From the sequence record MK250016.1: a stretch of 32,000 nt of DNA, one strand, 5' to 3'. The notes beneath the pieces are model-generated. The model saw only the letters and a list, made by a program, of their open reading frames with translations. It was not told the DNA's origin and did no database searches. The DNA comes from Prevotella phage Lak-A1. Below are positions 1 to 9,637 of this stretch, piece after piece. The position numbers and the translations under genes were made by a program. Each line of letters opens with the position of its first letter. Position 1 is the first letter of the stretch.

Positions 1-440
1 TTTATGCAACTAATATCGAGAAGTTCACTAATCTCTTTCAAACGACATTCAGGAAGAACACATCCAAACATATCATAACCCGATAGAAGAACAATATCAT
101 TCTTATATTCACCATTATATTTAATAATGTGATTATCTTTGTTTCTATCAAATATTTCGAAATTCAATATTTCTATATCAGATGGAATCTTATCTTCATT
201 CTTATGAATAATGTTATATGCATTATTATACATATTATTCATAATGAGATCAAACTCATCAATGATATTTTTTGATGGTATATATGGAGCATTTGGACGC
301 TTACCATACATCACCTTATTTTGATGCTTATAATATTGAAATGCAGAACCATCAACTTTTTCAGTTATTTGACAGTTGCAACTCAATATTTCTTTAACAG
401 GTAATCTCTTACTCTGTAAAAACTGATATAAATGTTGCAT
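1..440 (-). CDS. ATP-dependent RNA/DNA ligase-like nucleotidyltransferase (partial, runs off the window edge)
   Basis: Open minus-strand frame from ATG at 440 to the window edge: MQHLYQFLQSKRLPVKEILSCNCQITEKVDGSAFQYYKHQNKVMYGKR...IEILNFEIFDRNKDNHIIKYNGEYKNDIVLLSGYDMFG. EKVDGSAF resembles nucleotidyltransferase motif I (KxDG), and the later FEIF...IKY block resembles phage ligase families. Confidence 0.6.
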   Translation of the reverse strand, partial: MQHLYQFLQSKRLPVKEILSCNCQITEKVDGSAFQYYKHQNKVMYGKRPNAPYIPSKNIIDEFDLIMNNMYNNAYNIIHKNEDKIPSDIEILNFEIFDRNKDNHIIKYNGEYKNDIVLLSGYDMFGCVLPECRLKEISELLDISCI

Positions 441-478
441 ACAATATATTATTCTACTTTACTTGTTTATTAACAATG

Positions 479-509
479 CAAAGATACATCTTTTAAGTCA
501 AATAAAAAA
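479..509 (-). promoter_or_regulatory. Putative Bacteroidota-type promoter (TTTTTTATTT-N11-TGTATCTTTG)
   Basis: Reverse strand carries TTTTTTATTT-N11-TGTATCTTTG, containing TAnnTTTG, about 39 nt upstream of the ATG at 440. The same arrangement recurs elsewhere in the window. Confidence 0.6.
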
Positions 510-608
510 ACATATAATTAAAAAAGTCTATATTACTAACATCTTTTAACAAATATAGGAGATTGAAAATATTAAATCTCCAATCTCCTATATAATAATC
601 ATTATAAA

Positions 609-2504
609 TTAAATTAATGTTGGTGTATAACCACATTCTCTCTGTCTATTTCTTAAATAAATTAATCCGTCTTCTCGATTCATTGTATTCTCAAATTTAC
701 AATATGTCTTTGTTTCTTCATTAAGTTTAAACCATTCTTGCTTACTATATTTAATAGGATGAATAAATTTATCATAATATTCATTCATCATCTTATTATA
801 TAATATATCTAATGATTCTTTATTCAATTTCCATTTTGTTTGAATATCTCGCATCTTCTTAATATCATATTCAAGTCTATCAGAAACACTATATGTTCTC
901 ACTTGAATTGCAATCTGAGAAAAATCATATTCTGATGGAATATCTTTATCTATCAATAATGAATCTTCAAAAGAATGAATATAATTAGATTGTCTAAGTT
1001 TAAGTCTCATTAATCTCTTATTCCATAATCCAAATATTAAATTATCATCACATCCTAAAACTTGCAGTTCAAATTTAATAGGATTATCGCCAGACATTTT
1101 ATCTAATATATCGATATTTCTTTTTGAGAATACCATAAGTTCACCTCCAGCATATATATTAAATGCTGACCAGAAACTTCCATACATTCTTCCTGTAAAT
1201 ATTTGTGAATCATCTTCTTGATATGCAAGGAATTCATTCATTAATGGAAGATTTATCCATGTTGAATTATTGGTTCTGATTAAATAATCATAATTTATAT
1301 TTAATTTCTTTAATTCTCTAATAGCAAATATTGTTTTTGAATATGTATGATATAAAGCATCTTCATCCCGCGTATATTCTCTCTTTATATAAATCATATG
1401 ATTACTTTCATCTACATGTGTATCTTCACCTTCTTTAGCATCAGTATAAACCCAGAAATCAATATTCATATTATCATCGATATTTGTTTTCCATGTTTCC
1501 TGACATACTTTTTCAAGTTCATTATATACTGGTTTATCCATACACATAGACAAAACAATAAGTTTCTTGTAATTCTTAACTTTTCGTAATCTTGTGTTAT
1601 AATCAACCTTAGGATGAATATATTGTTTAGGGAATGCCTTAACATCTACTGTATTACCTGGTGTATTAAACAACATCAAAGCCTGTGCCTTATCACAACT
1701 TTCATCAAAATTATTAAATGAATTAACAGCTCTATCAATTAAATCATCATAATTATCAAAACATTTTTTTGATGACCACATTTCAAGTTTCTTTCGGATG
1801 TCTGCACGAAGCCAGCTCAAATGATGCATTTTAACTTCATTCCATTTAAATACATGGTAATCTACTGTATATTGTTTAATCTTATGAATTTGACCATCTC
1901 TTCCGACTACGTTTTCTACTCCTGAATACGGTCTTACAAAACGTCTTGTAGGATCAGAAGGTAAAAGGAAATCAGTACATTCAAATGAATGTCTATATTC
2001 TACTCTTGTAACAAAAGGTACATACATACCATCTTTAAACGGATATACTAAGAAATGTTTATAATCATGATAATAATTTATATACTGACAATATGTAATA
2101 GGATAATTATTATCGTCTATAATTTTACATGCACTATCAAATGCTTTCTTTGTATAATATTCATCTGAATCTATTACAATCGCATGTGTACAACCATTAT
2201 CCTGAGCATCTTGAATTAACATATTTCTTTTATCTGTTTCCTGTTCTCTTGCAGGTTTTGTTGTATCTAACTCAACTTCAACAATATTATCAACTAATTT
2301 ATCTTCATCACGTAATCGGAATATTTCCTGTAAATCAATTTCAGAAATTTTATCACCATGATAAGATAATCTCTACAATCCAATGGAAACATAATCAACA
2401 GAATCTCTAAGTTCAGAAATAATATTATAAAGATGTTCTGTTCCTTCAAATGCAATAATTAATAAACCTAATTTCTTTATGTTCTTATAATTTGTTCTCT
2501 ACAT
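609..2504 (-). CDS. Glycosyltransferase-like protein (two-part), TAG-recoded 5' extension of the 537-aa ORF
   Basis: The 609..2222 ORF extends in frame to ATG 2504 through two TAG codons (M-Q-RTNYKNIKKLGLLIIAFEGTEHLYNIISELRDSVDYVSIGL-Q-RLSYHGDKI...). It has THAIVIDSDEYY (DxD-like), and a C-terminal half (KKLIVLSMCMD...DYLIRTNNSTWINLPLM) shared with the genes at 22203 and 23155. Confidence 0.7.
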
Positions 2505-2594
2505 TATTATTTTAACTGATTATGTTTAATTTATACTATATATTATACTTATATATTATTATAAAGTTTATATTTAATTAAAAAAATTTATAAT

Positions 2595-2813
2595 AAAAAT
2601 GTAGACTTTTTTCACAAAAGTAAGTAAAATAATTACTGGTAATTTGGGAATCTAAGATATTTAAAGAAAATCTAATATTTAGTAATAATTATTTAATATT
2701 ATTTAGAATTTGTATAAATTAACATATAAATAATATTGATTATCAATTAGTTATAAATTATTTTTAATTTTTATTAAACTTTTTTCACAAAAATGTAGAC
2801 TTTTTCACAAAAG
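2595..2813. repeat. Short interspersed direct repeats ACTTTTT(T)CACAAAA(G) in an AT-rich intergenic region
   Basis: AAAAATGTAGACTTTTTTCACAAAAG at about 2595-2620 and AAAAATGTAGACTTTTTCACAAAAG at about 2789-2813, plus a partial copy ACTTTTTTCACAAAA at about 2778-2792. Confidence 0.7.
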
Positions 2814-2906
2814 CTTAGTATAATAAATATGTTAGTATTTAAGGTTGAGATAGATATTATATATAATATATGAAAAAAATTAATTTATAAATCTAATTAA
2901 ATATTG

Positions 2907-2966
2907 ATTTTCTTTTGGTTCTTTTCTTTTTGATTAAATAATTTTTCTTTGGTTCTTTCTTTTTTG
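2907..2966. repeat. Tandem T-rich imperfect repeat TTTTCTTT(T)GGTTCTTT(T)CTTTTT(T)GA
   Basis: Copies at about 2907-2932 and 2942-2966, upstream of the ATG at 3020. Confidence 0.65.
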
Positions 2967-3019
2967 AAGGTAGATCCTTTCAGAGAATAAATATAGTAAA
3001 TATTTTTTTTAATTTAATA

Positions 3020-3895
3020 ATGAAATTTGGCTTTGATAAATCTATTAATGAAAAATTATCTTTTTTATATGAAACATTATTTGATGATTATGATGATATT
3101 GTTTCAGATGATAATTCATCAATAGAATCATTATATGATCTAGAATCATAGTTTAATGAACTATTATAGGAATGGAAAAAAATTGGTTTATTTAATAAAC
3201 AATATAGTTAGGAACGTTATATTGAACTGTTAAAAGAAAATTCAAAAATAAATGATAATAATGAAATATATATTTATGCATTAGCTTTATCATTTGATAA
3301 TTAGTAGATATTTGATAAATTTCTTAATTCATTTGAAAATTATACACTTAATTTCGATATTAAATATTTAGAATTAGATTTTACATTTCATAGAAGAATG
3401 AAACCAAAATTACATTTTTCTTTTAATAATATTCCTGATAATTTAAATATTACATCATTATAGGTATTTGGTGGTATAATAGATGATTTATCAGGATTAA
3501 ATAAAGATAAATTATTAAGATTATCATTTAATAATTCTTATGTTAAAACTATAAATGGATTAGGTTCAAATTTATAGAAATTAACTTTTGTATATGATAC
3601 TGATATTGAATCTGTAACTGATTGGTCTAATTTAAAAAATATGAATTTGTTATAGTTAGAAGTTGACTATACAAGTTGGGAATTTATTGGTATAGAACAT
3701 TTATTACATTTTAATAATATGCCAGAAGAAATAATAAATATACCAAGAGTTTTATTCATTAATCATGCTGCATTTGGTAAATTAAGATATTATAAAAACT
3801 ATATAAAGAATATGTTTATTACTGATAATCCTTAGATTAAACCAAAAATAAGAAATTTAATAATAAACAAATTAAGAGAGATTGTTAATTACTGA
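3020..3895 (+). CDS. Hypothetical protein, possibly leucine-rich-repeat-like; TAG-recoded (9 in-frame TAGs)
   Basis: Continuous frame under code 15, ATG 3020 to TGA 3895: MKFGFDKSINEKLSFLYETLFDDYDDIVSDDNSSIESLYDLESQFNELLQEWKKIGLFNKQYSQERYIELLKEN... Contains periodic Leu/Ile-Asn motifs and resembles the 4508..5416 product in architecture. Confidence 0.7.
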
Positions 3896-3925
3896 CATAA
3901 TTTAAATAATATAATTATAATTAAT

Positions 3926-4480
3926 ATGAATGAAAGTTATAAAAATCAACATAAACCATCAAAAAATTCAAGATTTAAACAAGGATATTTTCATCCACAA
4001 AATCCATAGAAGTGGGTTACTAAAACTAATGAATACCGTTCGAGTTGGGAATTTCATTTCATGAACTGGGCAGATAGAAATCCTTAGGTTTTAAGAGTTG
4101 GATCAGAACCATGTGCAATTTAGTATAGAGATCCAGTAGCAAATTTAGAGTATTGTCATAAGCATAATTTAGACCCAAATAATCCATAGAACTGGAAAAT
4201 AAGAAAATATTATGTTGATATGTGGGTTGAGTTTAAAAAGAAAGATGGAGACGTTATAAAAGTATTCATTGAAATTAAGCCATATGCTCAAACTATTAAA
4301 CCAGAACCATTAAAACCTGGTGCTAAGTTAAAAGAAGTTAACCGTTATAATAGAGAGATGAAAACATTCTTAACTAATTAGGCAAAATGGCGTGCTGCTA
4401 ATTATGAATTTAAAAAAAGAGGCTGCAAATTTTTCATTTTCACGGAAAAAGAATTAAGTGATAAACTACATCTATTTTGA
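3926..4480 (+). CDS. 4: T4 gp4-like head completion nuclease/protein; TAG-recoded (5 in-frame TAGs). Start position good to within a few nt
   Basis: Code 15 translation: MNESYKNQHKPSKNSRFKQGYFHPQNP-Q-KWVTKTNEYRSSWEFHFMNWADRNP-Q-VLRVGSEPCAI-Q-YRDPVANLEY...YYVDMWVEFKKKDGDVIKVFIEIKPYAQTIKPE...MKTFLTN-Q-AKWRAANYEFKKRGCKFFIFTEKEL. It has the YRSSWE, IEIKP, TNQAKWxAA and TEKEL signatures of gp4 homologues. Confidence 0.88.
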
Positions 4481-4507
4481 CATAAATTAAATATAGATTA
4501 TGTATAT

Positions 4508-5416
4508 ATGAATACAAATATTAAGAAATTAGTTGAATCCTTATTTGATGATGATATTTTAACAGGTATGACAGATGATGATATTTCAAAACAACTTGAA
4601 AACAACATGTTTTCTTTAAATGAATTGAAATCATTATTAGAACAATTACATGATCCAAAAAATACCTTATTTAAACATAATTTATTGTCATGTGAAAATT
4701 TAATTAAATTATCAATTAAATCACAAGAAGGAAACGGTATATATATTCCTATAATAACTATATCATTATATGAAAAGAATATAGATATATTTAAAGATAT
4801 TTTTGATATATTATATGAGTATAATGTAAGATTAGATGTTAATTCATTAATTTTTATATTAGAGAATAAAACTGATAATTTTTATTCTATTAAAGAATTA
4901 TTGGATTTAACAAAGTATAATGATATATTAAGAATCCAGGATTTTTCTGTTAATTATGGTAAGTTAAAAAATTTAGAAGGATTTCCTAAAATATGGGGTG
5001 AATATGATTTTCAATGGATAAGTGAAATAACATCATTTAAAGGATTTCCTAAAAATGATTATAATATATCTTTGTATTTTTGGGGAAGCTCTTTACCAAA
5101 TGATTGGTCAGGATGTCCAACACAATTACAGAATTTAAGATATGAGTCAAATATTGAACCTGTAGATGAAAATGATATAGAAGATATAAAGAAACAAATA
5201 GGTTCATTAACCAATATACCATATGATTTAACATTTGAATTAAATAATCCTAATAAAATAGGATATAATTTTGTTGGTGGATCATTAATAAATCCAAAAT
5301 GGAAACCAGATGTTAAAAGAGAAATAAGAAGTTATATAGGACAATGTTTGAAATCTCAATATAAGAATATAATGGGATTAAAGAAAAGAATATGCAATAG
5401 TGAAAAATCTATTTGA
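4508..5416 (+). CDS. Hypothetical protein, possibly leucine-rich-repeat-like
   Basis: 302-aa ORF with repeated motifs (LEGFPKIWGEYDFQWISEITSFKGFPK...). Similar layout to 3020..3895 but without in-frame TAG. Confidence 0.65.
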   Translation: MNTNIKKLVESLFDDDILTGMTDDDISKQLENNMFSLNELKSLLEQLHDPKNTLFKHNLLSCENLIKLSIKSQEGNGIYIPIITISLYEKNIDIFKDIFDILYEYNVRLDVNSLIFILENKTDNFYSIKELLDLTKYNDILRIQDFSVNYGKLKNLEGFPKIWGEYDFQWISEITSFKGFPKNDYNISLYFWGSSLPNDWSGCPTQLQNLRYESNIEPVDENDIEDIKKQIGSLTNIPYDLTFELNNPNKIGYNFVGGSLINPKWKPDVKREIRSYIGQCLKSQYKNIMGLKKRICNSEKSI

Positions 5417-5426
5417 TATAATTAAT

Positions 5427-5466
5427 AATCACAAGAGTATGTTAAAAGTATTCTTGTGATTTTTTA
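5427..5466 (+). terminator. Rho-independent terminator
   Basis: AATCACAAGAgta...TATTCTTGTGATT hairpin followed by TTTTTTATTTT, just after the TGA at 5416. Confidence 0.75.
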
Positions 5467-5491
5467 TTTTCATATATTTTATGTATCTTTG
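5461..5491 (+). promoter_or_regulatory. Putative Bacteroidota-type promoter
   Basis: TTTTTATTTT-N11-TGTATCTTTG, 31 nt upstream of the ATG at 5522. Confidence 0.65.
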
Positions 5492-5521
5492 TGGTATAAA
5501 AAACAATTTAAAATTATATTA

Positions 5522-5821
5522 ATGTTATTTTATAGATTTGGTGATATTCCTGAAGATGAATGCTCATCTATATGGAATAATAATGATGAAGTAATAGGTA
5601 AAGAAAAAGGTGTTTCCGTTTATGAAGCTCATAAAAATATAAATGGAGAATATACTCCTGTTATTCCATTTCCGACAAATGAAAAAGCATTTAATGATTT
5701 TATATATCATATAGGATATTTTACTGGTAACAAATATTTAGTAACCGGTGATTTGTTAGATGAAACCGGTACTGATGGTGAACCGTTAATTAATAATGTT
5801 AAAATAATAAAAAAATTATGA
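5522..5821 (+). CDS. Hypothetical protein
   Basis: The ORF track starts at 5456, but that start overlaps the terminator and promoter. ATG 5522 gives MLFYRFGDIPEDECSSIWNNNDEVIGKEKGVSVYEAHKNINGEYTPVIPFP... Confidence 0.65.
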   Translation: MLFYRFGDIPEDECSSIWNNNDEVIGKEKGVSVYEAHKNINGEYTPVIPFPTNEKAFNDFIYHIGYFTGNKYLVTGDLLDETGTDGEPLINNVKIIKKL

Positions 5822-6045
5822 CACAGAAAGAAAGATACGATAAGATTTGTGAACTTGTTGATGTAGTAGATGATATTAAAGATAAACTTTGGAATATTGT
5901 CTGGGAGGCACAAGAAGGAAATTTTAAGGATCATTTTGATAATCTTCAAAAAGCAGAGAGAGTTGCAATTATTGGAATTTTGAATGATGCAGCTAGACTT
6001 TCATCCTCAATAGGACAATATCAGCATTGGTTTGAAGAAAAATAA
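5818..6045 (+). CDS. Hypothetical protein
   Basis: 75-aa ORF overlapping the previous stop by 4 nt (ATGA). Confidence 0.65.
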   Translation: MTQKERYDKICELVDVVDDIKDKLWNIVWEAQEGNFKDHFDNLQKAERVAIIGILNDAARLSSSIGQYQHWFEEK

Positions 6046-6118
6046 ACATTTACTATATTTTATAGTATAATAAGTAGATATTGCATAAGATTACTAATTT
6101 ATTTTATAATAATTAAAT

Positions 6119-6895
6119 ATGAAGGAAAAAGAAGTACAAACAAAGGAATTATATCCATTTATTAGTGATGCTATTAAGAAAATGGATATTAGTCTTGAAA
6201 ATATTCAATGGGCACATAAAATTATTACGAATAATACTGCTGGATATTTGGATGATATTAATAAGATTCAAAAGTATGTTGAGAATATTATTGATAATGC
6301 ATGTTCCGTATTTCGTGAGAAGATTACAAAAGAATTGTCATTAGATGATTTACTTTTGTATGCTCAGGTTGCAAAGACATCTCAAGACTTTGATAATAAC
6401 AAGAAACGAACATCTTTTTTTGATAAAAAAATACAGGATATTACAATTAAAGACATTGATTTAATTAATAGTACGGGTACAAGTACATATAAAGCTATTG
6501 AACAAGATTTATTTGGTAATTCTACTAAAGCTCCAGAAATTCAGAAAAGATATTGTACAGGTAGATCAATAGCAAGAAAGGTAAAAGATACCATTAAACT
6601 TTATGATAATCTTAATGATGTACCTTGCCCTGTTGGAAAACAAGCAGTATACCGTTTAGCTGTATGTATACCTAAGAGGTTTAATAAGGTAAATTCATAT
6701 AAGAGACCACTTATATATGGACGAATTCCTACAATGTATTTTATTTCTGATAATAGAGATAGAGATTTCATTATTGCCAGAAATAATTTTACCAAGTTAA
6801 TTAGAAAGAAATATTATGATGCTCTTCGTGAATATGAAGAAAAGTATGTACCTATTGGACATGATATTTCTATGAAAAAAATAAGTGTATTATGA
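6119..6895 (+). CDS. Hypothetical protein
   Basis: 258-aa ORF, compactly followed by a coupled gene. Confidence 0.75.
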   Translation: MKEKEVQTKELYPFISDAIKKMDISLENIQWAHKIITNNTAGYLDDINKIQKYVENIIDNACSVFREKITKELSLDDLLLYAQVAKTSQDFDNNKKRTSFFDKKIQDITIKDIDLINSTGTSTYKAIEQDLFGNSTKAPEIQKRYCTGRSIARKVKDTIKLYDNLNDVPCPVGKQAVYRLAVCIPKRFNKVNSYKRPLIYGRIPTMYFISDNRDRDFIIARNNFTKLIRKKYYDALREYEEKYVPIGHDISMKKISVL

Positions 6896-7422
6896 TTGGA
6901 GCATATATTTTATTTTTATTTTTGTTTATATTGTCATTCGGTATAACATCAGTAATAATATTGTCACTTAATACTTTACATAGTGATAGAAGAGATGAAG
7001 GACATTCAACATGGTTTTTGAAGTTGGTCATATTATTTATGTGTATTGCATCATTTAAGATTACATATAATATTATTGATAAACCGAATACATGGTTTTG
7101 TACAGATGAGCCAATTGCAACAAATAAAAATATGGAAACATATGTTTATTATAATTTCTTTCAAACTGATTCTGTAGTAAAAGAAGTACATAAATTTGAA
7201 TATATAAAAGCAATAATTACGCATGAAAAAATGCAAGATGAAGGTGATGAAGGTTCATCACATATGCATATAGATGTGAAGTCTGCAGATGGAAATTATT
7301 TTATTAAAGATTATTGTACAAGATTTGAAGATTTACCATATAATGAGTTTAAGAAGCGTATTGCATTTAGGAAAGAATATTGGCCAGATGTACATTATGA
7401 ATTAATTTATTTTAGTAATTAA
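6892..7422 (+). CDS. Putative membrane protein
   Basis: 176-aa ORF with ATGA overlap. N-terminal hydrophobic segments AYILFLFLFILSFGITSVIILSL and LVILFMCIASF. Confidence 0.7.
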   Translation: MIGAYILFLFLFILSFGITSVIILSLNTLHSDRRDEGHSTWFLKLVILFMCIASFKITYNIIDKPNTWFCTDEPIATNKNMETYVYYNFFQTDSVVKEVHKFEYIKAIITHEKMQDEGDEGSSHMHIDVKSADGNYFIKDYCTRFEDLPYNEFKKRIAFRKEYWPDVHYELIYFSN

Positions 7423-7426
7423 AATT

Positions 7427-7843
7427 ATGAGTATATTTGTAAATTTTTTAATATTCATACATTTAATTCCAGCATTTCTTGTATTTTATATATATTATAT
7501 TATTCCATATCTTGAATTAAAGAAAGGTGCATCTCTTAATGATTATGTAAATGCTGTAGAATTTGATGGAATTCCTGCATTAACTGTATGTACATTATTA
7601 CCAATATTTAATTGGATAATAATTAAGAGTTATTTTGACCCTGATGATTATGCAGATAGTAGAAGCTGTAAAGATTATGAGAAAGCCTGTAAGATAAGAG
7701 ATTATTTACTTAAATTAATCGTATGGTTATATAGATTTATTGCAGAATTTATAACTGCAATATGGATGTTAATTGTATGGATGTTTGGATTAAAATATGT
7801 ATTTAAAGTTATTAGAAAAATTTTAACATTTAAAATAAAATAA
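7427..7843 (+). CDS. Putative multi-span membrane protein
   Basis: 138-aa ORF with hydrophobic segments FLIFIHLIPAFLVFYIYYII, LTVCTLLPIFNWIII and FITAIWMLIVWMFGL. Confidence 0.7.
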   Translation: MSIFVNFLIFIHLIPAFLVFYIYYIIPYLELKKGASLNDYVNAVEFDGIPALTVCTLLPIFNWIIIKSYFDPDDYADSRSCKDYEKACKIRDYLLKLIVWLYRFIAEFITAIWMLIVWMFGLKYVFKVIRKILTFKIK

Positions 7844-7850
7844 AGATATT

Positions 7851-8132
7851 ATGGAACTTACAAAAGAATATCTGTTGGAACATGGATATGAAACTAATCA
7901 TCCTGATAGAGTTTTGTGTCGTTTTTATAAAACAAATAATAAGAATCCAGAGTGGAGAGTTAGTGTAGAACAGGAATACCTTCCATTAAGTAATAAACTT
8001 GCATTTAATATTAATTGCTGGAGATGTAATGAAACCGGAGCAATTATTAAACGTGCATCTGTAAGTTATGCAGATACAGTAGAAGAACTTAATGCAGTTA
8101 TTCAGATGTGTGGTATTGATATTAATATGTAA
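7851..8132 (+). CDS. Hypothetical protein with paired cysteines
   Basis: 93-aa ORF, MELTKEYLLEHGYETNHPDRVLCRFYKTNNKNPEWRVSVEQ...CWRCNETGAI. Confidence 0.65.
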   Translation: MELTKEYLLEHGYETNHPDRVLCRFYKTNNKNPEWRVSVEQEYLPLSNKLAFNINCWRCNETGAIIKRASVSYADTVEELNAVIQMCGIDINM

Positions 8133-8138
8133 AAATAA

Positions 8139-8187
8139 AATGGTTAATAGATTTTATATAGTAATTATATTTAATCCATTAACCATT
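8139..8187. terminator. Possible hairpin
   Basis: AATGGTTAAT ... ATTAACCATT inverted repeat with a long AT loop; no strong U-tract. Confidence 0.35.
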
Positions 8188-8203
8188 CTAATAATTTATT
8201 AAT

Positions 8204-8929
8204 ATGAATAATAAAAGTATAAGAAAAGAAAAAGCTATTAATCATACAGAACAGATGAATAAAGAATATTCTATAATGATTAATGCTTCTATAACTAATT
8301 CTATTATATATACAGATGATAATATATACAACAATAATGTAATTGTTGTTGTTGAAAACATGACAACAACAGATGCTGTATCTAAATATAAGCATGATGA
8401 AAAACTTTGTGTTTTAAATTTTGCAAGTTATAAAAAACCTGGTGGAGGATTTATAAATGGTGCTATTGCACAAGAAGAAGCTATTTGTCATGATAGCACA
8501 TTATATAATGTTATTTCATCTGAAAAATTTGAGTCTTACTATGAAGATAATAAAAACAATACTAATGGTGGATTATATAGAAATGTAGCTATTTATTCAC
8601 CAAGTATTGTATTTAGTAATAGTAAAGCAGTTGTTAATGTTATAACATGTGCTGCACCTAATTTGAGTATATTTAAAGGACCTAAATATAAAGCATATGA
8701 TACAATTAGAAATAGAATAAAATTTATTCTCGATATTGCTGAAAAGAATAATGAAACCGAATTAATTTTAGGTGCATTTGGATGTGGGGTTTTTAAAAAT
8801 GATCCAGAATTTGTAGCCTCAATATTTAAAGATTTACTTTATTCTACTAATTACTATCATTTTAAAAAAGTAATATTTGCTATACCAGGAGGTATAAATT
8901 ATGATATATTTAAAAAAGTCTTTGAATAA
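8204..8929 (+). CDS. TIGR02452-family / microbial poly(ADP-ribose) glycohydrolase-like macrodomain protein
   Basis: 241 aa with the signature VLNFASYKKPGGGFINGAIAQEEAICHDSTLY (GGG-x(n)-QEE), VNVITCAAPN and LILGAFGCGVFKNDP. Confidence 0.9.
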   Translation: MNNKSIRKEKAINHTEQMNKEYSIMINASITNSIIYTDDNIYNNNVIVVVENMTTTDAVSKYKHDEKLCVLNFASYKKPGGGFINGAIAQEEAICHDSTLYNVISSEKFESYYEDNKNNTNGGLYRNVAIYSPSIVFSNSKAVVNVITCAAPNLSIFKGPKYKAYDTIRNRIKFILDIAEKNNETELILGAFGCGVFKNDPEFVASIFKDLLYSTNYYHFKKVIFAIPGGINYDIFKKVFE

Positions 8930-8930
8930 T

Positions 8931-8961
8931 TTTTTTATTTAAAGAATAATGTGTATCTTTG
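8931..8961 (+). promoter_or_regulatory. Putative Bacteroidota-type promoter
   Basis: TTTTTTATTT-N11-TGTATCTTTG, 28 nt upstream of the ATG at 8990. Confidence 0.65.
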
Positions 8962-8989
8962 TATTGTTAAATAATAAAACAATAAAGAT

Positions 8990-9211
8990 ATGGATAAGAA
9001 ACTCAAGATACAAATAACACTTCTTACAGTTATTATTACAGTAGGAATCATTATAATTAACAATGCAAAATCAAAAGTTAATTATATTTTAGAACCATGT
9101 CCTATATGTGGTTCATCAGAAGTTCTTGATTGTGGTTATGATAATATGAAGTATCAAGAACATGCACATTGTGTTACTTGTAATAGAGATTTTTATATTG
9201 ATGTAGATTAA
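8990..9211 (+). CDS. Small membrane-anchored zinc-ribbon-like protein
   Basis: 73 aa: N-terminal hydrophobic segment, then CPICGSSEVLDCGYDNMKYQEHAHCVTCNRDFYIDV (CxxC...CxxC). Confidence 0.65.
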   Translation: MDKKLKIQITLLTVIITVGIIIINNAKSKVNYILEPCPICGSSEVLDCGYDNMKYQEHAHCVTCNRDFYIDVD

Positions 9212-9232
9212 ATATTTCCTACTGTATTTTAC

Positions 9233-9276
9233 AAAGGTTTAAAGAATGTTGGCGGATATTCTTTAAACCTTTTTTA
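9233..9276 (+). terminator. Rho-independent terminator
   Basis: 15-bp perfect stem AAAGGTTTAAAGAAT-gttggcggat-ATTCTTTAAACCTTT followed by TTTTATTT. Confidence 0.85.
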
Positions 9277-9313
9277 TTTAAACATTTTATAATTATTTGA
9301 ATACAAATTATAT

Positions 9314-9637
9314 ATGATAAAGTTTAAAAATAAAAATATTGAAAGAGAAACTGAAATACGATATTTAACATATATTACAGGACGTTCGTATTCATATAAC
9401 GATGGAGTTAAACATCTAACAAATGTTATTCAAAAAATAATGTCCAATAATGATAATAATAGAAAATATTTAAATGAAATTGTATATGCTGATGTAATTC
9501 CATATATATATGGTTATTCAGAAACACATACAATTTATTATGTATCTGTAATAGTAAAACGTACATATTATAAAGATATGTATGAGTCTTTATATCTATA
9601 TAATAGAGCATTAGAAGAAACAGAAATAAAGTTATGA
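9314..9637 (+). CDS. Hypothetical protein
   Basis: 107-aa ORF. Confidence 0.65.
   Translation: MIKFKNKNIERETEIRYLTYITGRSYSYNDGVKHLTNVIQKIMSNNDNNRKYLNEIVYADVIPYIYGYSETHTIYYVSVIVKRTYYKDMYESLYLYNRALEETEIKL

Noticed and set aside
1398-2410. Plus-strand ORFs 1398..1589 and minus-strand 2129..2410
   Set aside because: Overlap a convincing 631-aa minus-strand gene in other frames; no recognisable motifs.
3020-4480. Apparent non-coding or degraded pseudogene region (many TAG stops, no track ORF)
   Set aside because: Only TAG interrupts the frames. No TAA/TGA or frameshift occurs, and the gp4 motifs are intact, so recoding explains it.
5456-5521. N-terminal extension MIFYFHIFYVSLWYKKQFKIIL of the 5456..5821 ORF
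   Set aside because: Falls inside a terminator U-tract and a promoter-like element. The ATG at 5522 is better placed.
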